Positions 45,654-57,744 of a stretch of 64,000 nt of DNA are shown here, piece after piece (position 1 is the stretch's first letter; every line of letters begins with the position of its first letter). Both the position numbers and the translations under genes were made by a program. The notes under the pieces are model-generated. The model had not been told where the DNA came from and searched no databases. It saw only the letters and a program-made list of their open reading frames with translations. This DNA is from the human T2T-CHM13v2.0 reference genome, Homo sapiens: NCBI RefSeq assembly GCF_009914755.1, contig NC_060935.1; one strand, written 5' to 3'.

Positions 45654-45764
45654 GTGCAGGTTATCCTGCAAGACATATAGGCATTGAACACATAGTTCCT
45701 GTTCTCCACAGCCATAATGCAGATAAGTCTTGGCACAAAAACATAATTTAATAATGATGCTACA
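45654..45764. repeat. Copy 2 of a ~112-bp local direct duplication
   Basis: Matches 44658-44769. Confidence 0.92.
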
Positions 45765-46159
45765 AAAATGAAAATATAGCAGTCTGTGAGTCCTACTATG
45801 CCAGACAATGTAATGAGATAGTGAAATGCCTGCATATATTTATAAAGAATAAATTTGGATTTAAATGGAATAAAAAGACCAGATACCATATTTTACAAAG
45901 GGTACAGGAAAATAAAACAGCAGATATACAATAAATTCTAGGTTAAAAATTAGTGTTAGAAAAAGTAATAGCAGACCATTTGTATTTGATAAAACGTCAG
46001 AGGAAATAACTTTAGTAGCTGAAATACAGATAATTTAACAAGGAAAATTGCAGATGGTAGGAGTAAGTTAAAAATGTGTCATTCTTGCAGATAAACTGGG
46101 TCTTACTGATATGTTTAATGTCAAAATAGGGCATGCCAGTAAGAGAGTCATCTAGCTAG

Positions 46160-46202
46160 TTATCTGTCTATCTATCTATTTATCTACCTACCTACCTACC
46201 TA
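46160..46202. repeat. (TATC)n/(TACC)n tetranucleotide repeat
   Basis: Seen directly. Confidence 0.75.
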
Positions 46203-46602
46203 TTCCTGTTTGGAATTCCTTCTCATGAGAAGGCATATATTTGATTTCTAGCACTCTAAAATTCTATCCTTTGATAGGTAATGAGGAATGATAGATATAA
46301 ACTCTGAAACCTAAGGGCTTATGGGGAAGTGGAGTTTTGATACAAGTTGAGTTTGAGATTTGACACAATATCAGAATAATATTGAAAAAACAGAAAACTC
46401 TAAAACAGAGTTTTATTATCTGACTTGATGATGTCAAGTAATTTGCACAAATAGATTTCTTATTATGCTTTAAAGTGCTTTAAAGATTAATGTATGGTAT
46501 GGCAATCAAATAAAATATTTTAAAAACAACTTTATTAATGAAATTTGGTGAGATCCCTGTATTTTATGTTTCTATCAAGTTAAAATATTTGATTCTAGAT
46601 CT

Positions 46603-46871
46603 TGTGACCAACATCACTCCTTTTCTGTTCACTAGGGACTAAGGTTAATGATAATGTTTTGTATATTTTAAAGTAGTTAAAATAATAGATTTCACACGTT
46701 TTTTTCACATGACCACAAAGAAATAATAGATGTTGGAGATGACTGACATGTTAATTACTCTGATTTAATTATTTCACAATGTATACATGCATTGAAACAT
46801 CACATAGGGCCCCATAAATATATAAATTATTATTTGTCAATTAAAAATAAAATAAAACTTGAACCAAAAAA
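46603..46871 (+). mobile_element. L1MA-type 3' end
   Basis: atgttaattactctgatttaatt...ccccataaatatata...tgtcaattaaaaataaaataaa; flanked by degenerate direct repeats ttaaaatatttg(a/g)ttc. Confidence 0.75.
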
Positions 46872-47039
46872 TTAAAATATTTGGTTCCAAATCTATTAAC
46901 AGGAGTCTCAAATCTCTTTACTTGCATATTTGCAGATGAAATCTATACACATAGATTGATGCAGGAGAGGTGTGTCAATACTAAAATCAGCATTATGTTT
47001 TAAGGATATGGTCTTCCAAAATGGGGAACAACTGACAAA

Positions 47040-47365
47040 ATTGCTAACAGAACAAAGTGTAATGGTCCCTTGATTTTCGCGGAGTTATAGTCCCAGAAAA
47101 TGTAATAATCATTGAATCCTTGCAAAAATACTTGTTTGTAAAATTGAGTTTGATTTTAGGCTTAGATAATAATAAACTTTTTTCGTTAATATTCATGACT
47201 GTCTAGTGGAACGCTAAAAATTGTGCAGTACATGGGGCAATTATTTGTGGGGCAAGACCACTCTGCACAGGGTGTGTAGCATCCCTGACCCTCTTCCCCT
47301 AAATCCCAGTATCACTTCCAATCTTTAACAACACTTAAGTACCTCTCTGCTCTTCTGAAGTGCTT
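47040..47365 (+). mobile_element. MER20B-like DNA transposon remnant, left part; apparently resumes at ~49815-49865
   Basis: ggggcaattatttgtggggc...tagcatccctgaccctc...ccagtatcac; right part ends gaatcactg. Confidence 0.45.
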
Positions 47366-47967
47366 TCTCACCAGTCAGAATGGCTATTGAAAAGTCAAAA
47401 AATAACAGATGTTGGCGAGCTTGTTGAGAAAAAGGAATGTTTATACACTTCAGTGAGAGTGCAAATTAGTTCAGCCACTTTGGAAAACAGATTGGAAATT
47501 TCTCAAAGAACTTAAAAAAGAACTACCATTCAACCCAACAAACCCATTACTGAGTATATACCCGAAGGAATATAAATTATAAATTATTCTACTATAAACA
47601 CACATGCACGTGTATGTTCTTTGCAGCACTTTTCACAATAGCAAAGACATGGAATCAACCTAGGTGTCCACCAACGGTAGAATGGATAAAGAAAATGTGT
47701 ACATTGATAACATGGAACACTATGCAGCCATAAAACAGAATGAAATTATGTCCTTTGCAGCAACATAGATGCAGCTGGAGGTCATTATCCTAAGCAAATT
47801 AACACAGGAACAGAAAATGAAATATCGCACGTCGTCACTTATAAATGGGAGCTAAATATTGAGTACTCATGAACACAAAGGGGAACAATAGACACCAGGA
47901 CTTACTTGAGGGTGGATGGTGAGAAGAAGGTGAGGACTGAAAAACCACCTATTGAATATTATATTAC

Positions 47968-48257
47968 TGTGTCCAGAACTGGTGTGTTCTTGGTCTCACT
48001 GACTTCAAGAATGAAGCCGCAGGCCAAGGCGGGTGGATCACGAAGTCAGGAGATCCAGACCATCCTGGCTAACACGGTGAAACCCTGTCTCTACTAAAAC
48101 TACAAAAAATTAGCCGGGCGCAGTGAAGGGCGCCTGTAGTCCCAGCTACTCAGGGCCCTGAGGCAGGAGAATGGCGTGAACCCGGGAAGCAGACCTTGCA
48201 GTGAGCCGAGATCGCGCCACTGCAGTCCGGCCTGGGTGAAAGAGCGAGACGCAGTCT

Positions 48258-48309
<52 letters not shown>

Positions 48310-49691
48310 AGCCGCGGACCCTCGCGGTGAGTGTTACAGTTCTTAAAGGCGGCGTGTCTGGAGTTTGTTCCTTCTGATGTTCGGAGGTGTCTGGAGTTTC
48401 TTCCTTCTGGTGGGGTTCGTGGTCTCGCTGACTCAGGAGTGAAGCTGCGGACCTTCGCGGTGAGTGTTACAGCTCTTAAGGCGGCGCGTCTGGAGTTGTT
48501 CGTTCCTCCCGGTGGATTCGTAGTCTTCCTGGCTTCAGGAGTGAAGTTGCAGACTTCTGCGGTGAGTGTTACAGCTCACAAAGGCAGTGTGGACCCAAAG
48601 AGTGAGCAGCAGCAAGATTTATTGCAAAGAGCGAAAGAACAAAGCCCCCACAACGCAGAAGTAGACCCCAGCAGGTTGCCACTGCTGGCTCTGGGAGCAG
48701 CCTGCTTTTATTCTCTTATCTGGCCCCACCCACATCCTGCTGATTGGTTCATTTTACAGAGAGCCGAGTGGTCTGTTTTGACAGGGGGCTGATTGGTGCG
48801 TTTACAATCCCTGAGCTAGACACAAAGGTTCTCCAGGTCCCCACTAGATTAGCTAGATACAGAGTGTGGACACAAAGGTTCTCCAAGTCCCCACCAGAGT
48901 AGCTAGATACAGAGTGTCGATTGGTGCATTCACAATCCCTGAGCTAGACACAGGGTGCTGACTGGTGTTTACAAAGCTTGAGCTAGATACATAGTGCCCA
49001 TTGGTGTATTTACAATCCCTTAGCTAGACATAAAGGTTCTCCAAGTCCCCACCAGAGTCAGGAGCCCAGCTGGCTTCACCCAGTGGATCCCGCACGGGGG
49101 CCACAGGTGGAGCTGCCTGCCAGTCCCCCGCCGTGCGCCCGCACTCCTCAGCCCTTGGGCGGTCAATGGGACTGGGTGCCGTGGAGCAGGGGGCGGCGCT
49201 GGTAGGGGAGGCTCCGGCCGCACAGGAGCTCACGGAGTGGGGGAGGCTCAGGCATGGTCCCGAGCCCTGCCCCGCGGGGAGGCAGCTAAGGCCCGTGAGA
49301 AATCGAGCGCAGCGCCGGTGGGCCGGCACTGCTGGGGGACCCAGTACACCCTCCGCAGCCACTGGCCCGGGTGCTAAGCCCGTCATTGCCCGGGCCGGCA
49401 GGGCCAGCTGGCCACTCCGAGTGCTGGGCCTGCAGAGCCCACGCTCACCCGGAACTCACGCTGGCCCACAAGCATGGCGCGCAGCCCCAGTTCCCGCCCG
49501 CGCCTCTCCCTCCACACCTCTCTGCAAGCTGAGGGAGCCGGCTCCGGCCTTGGCCAGCCCAGAAAGCGGCTCCCACAGTGCAGCGGCGGGCTGAAGGGCT
49601 CCTCAAGTGCCGCCAAAGTGGGTGCCCAGGCAGAGGAGGCACCGAGAGCAAGCAAGGGCTGCGAGGACTGCCAGCACGCTGTCACCTCTCA
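47968..49691 (-). mobile_element. Solo LTR12C (HERV9/ERV9 LTR)
   Basis: Minus strand begins TGAGAGGTGACAGCGTGCTGGCAG and ends CTGGACACA (TG...CA); 4-bp TSD ttac at 47964-47967 and 49692-49695; U3 tandem repeats with CCAAT boxes; CpG-rich. Confidence 0.95.
48021..48307 (+). mobile_element. 5'-truncated AluY-lineage element with a 49-A tail, inserted in the LTR12C U5 region
   Basis: Starts aggccaaggcgggtgg; TSD gaagccgc; A49 at 48259-48307. Confidence 0.93.
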
Positions 49692-51899
49692 TTACTACCA
49701 GGTTAATGAAGTAATTTGTACACCAAACCCCAGGAACATACAATTTACTCATGTAACAAACCTGCACATGCACCCCCCGAGCCTAAAATCAAAGTTGGAA
49801 GAAAAACATTAAAAAATAATTTCTAGGGGCTCTCCTCTCTCCGTCTGTCCTTGGGAATCACTGGTCTAAATTCTGAGTAAAAAAACAGGTTTATGTAACT
49901 TTTTGTATAATGTCCAACAGTTAATTATCAATAAATTGCATGCCTCATAATTATCTGACAATAATGACTCTACATATGAGCACAGAAGGGCTAGGAGAGG
50001 GAGGGCAACTTATAACAATAAAAGGAAAACTTAATTCCGAGTTTAAGGACATGGACCAATTCTGCCACAAACTGAAATGACCCTGAGCAATTCTCTTAAC
50101 TTTTCTAGGGTACAGTTTCTCCTTTGGAACATGTACTAGGTGACTACTAAGATTCCATACAGTTCTGATATAATTACAAAACATCTAGATTCCTTTAGAA
50201 AACCAAAAGAATGGAACAAAGTAGAGAATGAATGAGAATAAAACCAGGTGAGGCTACACTTGTAAGAGATCAAATAATATCAGAAAAAGAGGATAGACCA
50301 TGAAGAAGGTGGTATCAAACAGAGATTTGATTCTTGGCATGATGGATACATAGGGAGATAGAACGTTTGTATGAGATTCACACTCAGCAATGTGAGATGA
50401 TGCTCTTGTACTAAAGACAGTGTCTCTCTGCACTTTTATTTTGTATTTATATTAAATTTACAATAGGTGGTTCCCAAATACCACAAATGTTGCAAACTTG
50501 AATTCAATTTACAAGTTACACAGCAAGTATCTTATTCTGGTGTTAAGTGCTGTGGGAATCAACTCCAGCTGCTTCAGATCTACATAGTTCTTAACCATAA
50601 TAAAGGAGGGAAGCGATCTTCAGAGACCCAACTCACTCAGGGTTCCTGAGACCAGAAAATAAAGTAGGCTAAGGGAATCCAGGATTCTGCAGGGGAATGC
50701 CAGTACTCCCAACCATGTAGAACATCCCAATGCATTAAGGAAATTTCTGTTAAATTAGAGATTTATAGAGGTCTCCTTAGGGTATTTTACCTCCCAGCAT
50801 ACTTCAAAAGGTCTTATTTTTGCAAGACGCGGTGGAGAGAATAAGGAAGTCATACACACCTGCATGTGAAATGCATGCTACCCTTATCAGTGGTGTGATC
50901 ATAAGCATTACTCTTAGGTTCCATTTACATCTTCAAAATGGAGATAACAACATCACTCTGTTAGTGTTATTGGGAAAATTGAAGGAAATGACTAATGTCA
51001 TTTCCTAGCACAGTGTCTCACACATTGTGAACATGGTGATTATGCAATAAATATTGTCATTTTTGTTCTTTTCTTTCCCATTCTGTGTGCTTGGCCTCTC
51101 CTTGCCCTATCCCAGAGAGAATGCTCTGCTTATGTCAGCATCCAGCAATAAGAGTGCTAGGAGTGTTGACCAAACGGCTTCACATCTGCCACAGGAATAC
51201 TTACAATTTTAATTCCTTCTGTGTTATCACTTGCTCTCTTCTGTTTCCCTTACCTGGGGGACAGCTGCTATTTCCCAGAGACAAGAAAGTCTTATTCTTC
51301 CTTGGTAAGGGGCTGCCTTTCTAAGAGGAGTAAGTCAAAGCAGGTGCTGAGTTAAAACAAGCTGTCAGATCATTCTGGCTGAGCATAAACTGAGCCTAAG
51401 ATTTCATCCTAGGGCAACCCTACTTCTTGGACTAAAAAGTCCTCCGCACTCAAGTTGCTGCAAACTGCTGGTTCTGGAGTTGCTGCAAAGGAACTATGAG
51501 GGGAGATTTACAGAGCTTGGCTAAATATTTCGAACACAGTTGTTCTTGCAGAATTTTGCTGAGGAAATCTTTCAGCATTTCCTTACCTCTAAATACAAGC
51601 TTATGGGAATGCTACTTCATCAACACAATTCTATTTTACATGATTTTTTTTTCTAGCATGCACAGTTGTAAATTGCTGAGAACCTTGAAGGACATAATGT
51701 CACCTCAGTATCAGCATCATGTGGTACTATGCCAAAAGTTTCTGGACAGTTGCCTAGCCTAGCCTTCATCATTATAAGGAAGACATCAAAAAATTCAGTG
51801 GAAAATCCATAAATTCTAATGAAAGAGCACAATATGAATGATGAATTTCCTGGACAGTAAGTTCTTCAGGATAAAAAACATACTTTAGATATCATTAAC

Positions 51900-52110
51900 A
51901 ATAATAAATACCATTTACTGAGTAATTGTGTTCTAAGTGCCATACTGGGGTTTTTATATACCGTATTTTCAATTCTTATAACATTTCCCTGCAACATGAA
52001 TTTATTATCCCAAGTTTTACAGAGGAGAAAAATGAGGCTTAGAGAGGTTAAGCAAATAACATCACACAGAGCTAGTAAATTCAAATTTGAGATTGTCTGG
52101 CTTTTAAGCA
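51900..52110 (-). mobile_element. MIR
   Basis: tattatcccaagttttacagaggagaaaatgaggcttagagaggttaagcaa core. Confidence 0.75.
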
Positions 52111-52780
52111 TAAAACATTTCCAAAGTGCTTCCCAATAATTAATAAGTGTCAGTTGACACAGTCACATACTATTAGTACTGGATGAGATTTGGGTGTTCA
52201 TCTAGAAAACCAGCTGTCTTACAAACAGAGAAACTGAGGCTCAAAGGGTTAACTGATGATGAAGCATAACACATAAAGAGTGGCAGAGCAGGCACTCAAA
52301 CTTTATGAAGTCCTCATCAAGGTCCACCCGGCTATCTCTGACCAGGCCCCACCCTCCTCTCCAGGCATCTCTTTTAATGAACCTTCTCTCACAGGGCTCA
52401 ATGTTCCGGGCAAATAGAACTGTGTGCACAGGCACCAAGGTGTTACATGCTTTTCTGTATTTTTCATTTCTGCTCAAAAATTTATCTCTTTTTATCTGCT
52501 TAACAAACACGTACAACATTTTTAATTCAATTTAATTCCGTCAAAGTATCACTACCTCTATGAAGCCCTCACTGATTCATTTCTCTTCTCTTCCCAATCA
52601 AAAAATGTATTAAGAAATAGATTAGTAATAGCCAATGTTTACTCATTCATTTATTCCTTAAATATTAATTGAGCATCTACCATATGAAAGCACTATGCTA
52701 ACATTTTGTTAATCATTCATCACCACAACTCTCTGAGGTAGGTGTTATTTATATCCTCATTTTATAAAACAGAAAATCTT

Positions 52781-53100
52781 GGCTGGGCGCAGTGGCTCAC
52801 ACTTGTAATCCCAACACTTTGGGAGGCTGAGGCGGGCAGATCACAGGTCAGGAGTTTGAGACCAGACTGGCCAATATGGTGAAACCCCATCTCTAATAAA
52901 AATACACACAAAAAAAGAAAGTAGCCAGGCCTGGTGGCGCGTGCCTGTAGTCCCAACTACTCAGGAGACCGAGGCAGGAGAATTGCTTGAACGTGGACGG
53001 CAGAGGTTGAAGTGAAATGAGGTGGCACCATGGCATTCCAGGACCAGTGCGAGACTGCATCTCAAAACACACAAACAAACGAACAAAACAAAACAAAAAA
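52781..53100 (+). mobile_element. AluS
   Basis: Full Alu; TSD cagaaaatctt. Confidence 0.92.
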
Positions 53101-53350
53101 CCCAGAAAATCTTAAAAGTTTAAAGAGATGCAGTATTTTTTTCCAAGTATTTCAATTTTTTAACTTCTCTGTGGTTCCTCTGTATTCTGAATATGCATTC
53201 ATTGTGGTTATCTGCAGCACTCTCTGAAATTTTGCTTCGCTTCTAAGTTGTGACTTACGATGATATAATTATTTGTATATCATGGTATACATGGCATATC
53301 ATTTGCTAAATTTTATAGGCCATTATAGGCTGTAAGCTCCACAGTAGTAG

Positions 53351-53699
<349 letters not shown>

Positions 53700-53701
53700 A
53701 A

Positions 53702-54004
53702 TTTTTTTCTTTTTTTTCTTTTTTGAGACCAAGTCTCACTCTGTAGCTCAGACTGGAGTGCAGTGTCACCACTTTGACTCACTGCAACCTCCACTTCCTA
53801 AGTTCAAGCAATTCTCGTGCCTCAGCCTCCTGAGTAGCTGGGACTATGGTGTGCACCACTACGCCGGGCTAATTTTTGTATTTTTAGTAGGGACAGGGTT
53901 TCACTATGTTGGCCAGGCTGGTCTTGAACTTCTGGCCTCTAGTGATCCACCTGCCTCTGCCTCCCAAGTGCTGGGATTACAGGCGTGAGTCACCACACTC
54001 AGCC
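53702..54004 (-). mobile_element. AluS
   Basis: Full Alu in tandem with the previous one. Confidence 0.9.
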
Positions 54005-54075
54005 TGTTTACTATAATATTATACACACAAGGCCTGACAGAATAGTACATAGTAGGCATTCAGTACATGATAGTC

Positions 54076-54106
<31 letters not shown>

Positions 54107-54237
54107 CAGAGAGAGAGAGGAAGAAAGGAAGGAAGGAAGGGAGGGAGGGAGGGAGGGAGGGGAGAGAGAGAGAGAGAAAGGAAGGAAGGAAGGAGGGAAG
54201 GAAAGAAGGAAAAAGAAAAAGAAAGGAAAGAGAGAAA

Positions 54238-54285
<48 letters not shown>

Positions 54286-54323
54286 AAAAGAAAGAGGATA
54301 CGAAAGGAAAGGAAGAAAGAAAG
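54076..54323. repeat. Compound polypurine tract (GAAA)n/(GA)n/(GGAA)n/(GGGA)n
   Basis: About 250 bp of almost pure purines. Confidence 0.95.
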
Positions 54324-57300
54324 ACAAATGCACAAAACTCTGGTCTCTGAGTCTCCACTGTTCTGTGCTGCTTCCCTAGATTAGTCTGCACTGGGAAGAA
54401 ATGCCACATAAACAATGATGGACATGTTTCTTCCCAAGGCTGACACTAACATCCTAGATGTACATTTTGGAACGCACTTTTGGGCACTATAATTTTCTAT
54501 TTCCTTACCTATGATTATGGTTATATTAATTCTACAGATCCAAATGGAATGAAAACTTATTTGAGAGGGACAGAAGCTGATTTTCAGACCTGCTGAGGAA
54601 CAACATAATGACAGAGTCCTGTTAGTACACAGTACCCCAAATAACAGGAGTTTGGAAAAGAGCCTTAGGAGGAACTCAAGTCATTACTATGGCCCTCTGT
54701 TATAGCAGCTGGAAATCACACTGCTGAGTTCCACGTAATACTGCAAATATCTCCGAGGGCAAGATCCAAGCTCCCAGATGCTTAACAACTCTCTGGCACA
54801 TTCTGTACCACATGTGAGTCCCTGAACTATTTTAAAACATGCACTATTCTTCTTTACGCTTTATCAAGGATTCTAATGTTTAGTATCATTAGCCTCCAGC
54901 TTTAGGTTTTACAATATTTCACAGGATATTCCCAGTTAATTTAAGGGGTAAAAAGTAGTATCATGAAATTCTCAAAACAGCCTTAGTTTTAGTGGACACA
55001 TGAATACATATAGGTACACACATGCTCTTATTTTTGTGATAATATACGTAAGTGTATAGTACTAACACATCTCTATATAATTTAGATATTAGATGTATGC
55101 TATGGATGCATATATAAATGGAAACAGATCTATAAATATACATATATCAGTAGTTTTGAGGACCTACTAGAAGTAAAGGAAATAAAATTTACATGAAAAA
55201 ATACTTTATATGGATAGAATGCAGCATTCTTTGGAAGAACAAGCTGATATACTCTAGGACAGAAAAATTGAAATAATATAGAACTCTAATTTTTATATGT
55301 GTGCATATATATGCATATATATACTTAAATATACATAAAATATGTTAATATACATAAGTAGTTAGGTATAGTGAGACATTTGAATACATATATTAAAGTC
55401 TGTGTGTATGTATGTGTAGAGACAATTGAAATTATTTAACATAATGTATTTGAAAGTTTTCAAGCATTGGTGAAGATGGATTAATCAATTTAGCATAGCA
55501 CTTTTATAGGACTGAAATGGTAAAGGGTGGAAGGTTCTGGTAAGTGAAAAGTGTTAAAACATTGAAAATCCTAAAAGATATGGTTTCATAGCTCCAGTAT
55601 TTGTGGATCACTATTAGTCCCAGCCAATAATACAGTACATGTGAATGGGAGGGAAAATGTATAGAAATGCTTATGCAAAAGAATAAGGAGAGATGGTGGC
55701 TACCTCAATTTGTTGCCTTCTTATATGTCACTGGATCTCTAATTATCAGTATACGGTCTATTTCAATCCTTGAAAGCATTAAATGGCTGTAAGTTTCAGA
55801 CAAGTAGGAGGCATTGTTAAAAACTAAGGAAATAAAAGTTTCCCTCAGTTGATGAAAAAATATGAATATTTTTAGAGTTTGCTTATTATAACCTAGTATT
55901 AGAGATTTGGGTTTGGGAAATTACCATTTACGAAATAAAAAGTATGTTACATCTTGGATTAAAATAATTGCAACAATAAAGCAAGTTTGCTTTCTCTGCT
56001 CTGTGCAACAACCATAAGCTAGATGCTATTAAGTAGGCTTGCTTCCTAGCCTATGTGAGCCTTGAGAATTTAATGTAATCAATACAGAGATATAAGCTAA
56101 AGACATTTAAATGAATGTATTTGTTAAAGAGTATATACAGTGTTCACAACTGTTAAGACTTTTTATTCAGTTTGGAATTCATGTTAACTTTAAATAATAA
56201 CTGCATTTCTAAATGTCAACTTCTATTTTAAGCCAAACCAGTTTAATAATAAAATGGTAATGTATTTTTTATTTAAATCAGGAGGCTGAGATGCTCTATC
56301 TCTCTAAGCAAAGCTTATAATTCCATGCAAATCAATCAAAGGCCATATATATGGCTATGCATATGTAACTATATTATTAAGACCAGTGATAAATGACATT
56401 CTTGGAAGTACTTTTTAAAAACTATTATTAAAATTAAAATATTCTCTGCACCTGTCACCATAACATTTTATTTATGATCAATATCTACTTCTCCACTATG
56501 CTAAAATCATATTAAAATTGAGATTGAATTTTTCTGCAAATACAGCTTTTCTTCAATACATATTAAACAGTCATTGTTCTGTATGACAGTGACTACAGGT
56601 GTATTTTATTTATATTTTACAGCATTTGCAGGAAGTTATTTTCTCTCCTTTAAATGAAGAGAGAAAAAAATGAGCCAATTTTATTTCTGATAAAATGATA
56701 GTAGTCTGGGGGCTAGAATAACCTAGGAATCAAATTAAAGGTATCTGCACATCTGCTTTAGAAATGCGTTATAGAAGAAAGAGAGCTATAGATGTTGATA
56801 TAAACTTATTGCTTCTCCATGAATAAATTAAGTGCTTAATTCTTTTATTCTGAGTTTAACCATCCTCTGTTTTGCTCATAATTATTCCTTTTCTTTGTAA
56901 AATTAATTATTTAGTGTAAATAATTGTTCTTCTCCATAACTGAAAAGGCATACAGTATTATAAGAGTAAAATTAGAATAGCATACTTCAAATCACTGTTT
57001 TCTATAGCTAAAGAAACAAATGTTCTTTTGCCTTTAAAGAGATGGAAAGTTTAGTTAAAATTTATTTTTTCTCTGCTCTTTAAAAAAATAATAATAAACA
57101 GGCAGGACAGAACAAAAGTTAAAAATGATTAGAAGTAAAAGGGCTGCTAAAAGACTATGATAAAAAATAATATAACCTGAGGACTAGAGAAGTTGAAGAA
57201 AAGTCAGTGAAATAAACTGAGCACGGCATCCCTAGACTTTCACAGGCCACCAGAGGTATGAGCCCACAAACATGTGTGAAAATGACAGGTTTTTCTTGGC

Positions 57301-57423
57301 CTAATATTTTACATACAGGCATACCCGTGGTACTCTGCAAAGTTTCCAAGCCATTCTAACCTTAAACAACTTGCTCTCACTTTCTTCAGACACTCAAGGG
57401 AAAGTCATAAGGAAAAGGCTCAC

Positions 57424-57744
57424 CTGTGCTGGGCTGAACCAACCATGTGGGCAGGTACAATGCTCCCCACAAGTCCCTTTGCCCTTGGTGCTCGTCTTGT
57501 GGGGGCTTTTCCGCACACTGTCCCACAAGGTCCTGTTGAAGCTGGACCCCCCGGTCCTGTTTGAAGCTGGGCCCCCTGGTCCTGAGGAGGGCATGGTCTG
57601 AGAACTGTACCCGAGCCCCTGACAGTTCCTCTGCCAGCCACAAGCACAGTGGGCATCCCTGATCAGGGTGGGCGCACTCCTGACGGCATCCATCCCATCG
57701 GACCCCCGGCTGCAGCTGTGTTGCTTGGTGAGGTATGCATTCAT
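57424..57744 (-). CDS. DLG2: DLG2 (PSD-93) alternative first coding exon, long Cys/His-rich N-terminus (PSD-93 delta type), 107 codons, phase-0 donor
   Basis: ORF 57744..57394 reads MNAYLTKQHSCSRGSDGMDAVRSAPTLIRDAHCACGW...HCTCPHGWFSPAQ, recalled as a DLG2 isoform N-terminus. Canonical donor CAG|GTGAGC at 57424/57423; ATG has A at -3; GC-richer block in repeat-poor DNA. Confidence 0.92.

Larger units (their letters stand above)
47367..49810 (+). mobile_element. L1PA15/16-like 3' region interrupted by LTR12C
   Basis: ORF2 end and 3' UTR at 47367-47967, resuming at 49692 with gtacaccaaacccc...gtaacaaacctgcacatg. Confidence 0.8.

Noticed and set aside
48780-49060. Repeated ~40-bp units (gagctagacac...gattggtg) superficially like a CRISPR array
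   Set aside because: These are the U3 tandem repeats of LTR12; there are no unique spacers or cas genes, and the DNA is primate.
48331-49812. Cluster of 100-150 aa ORFs on both strands
   Set aside because: Almost entirely within GC-rich LTR12C; typical stop-poor LTR frames with no gag/pol/env similarity.
53985-54415. K/E/R-rich and F/L/S-rich ORFs
   Set aside because: Translations of the purine microsatellite.
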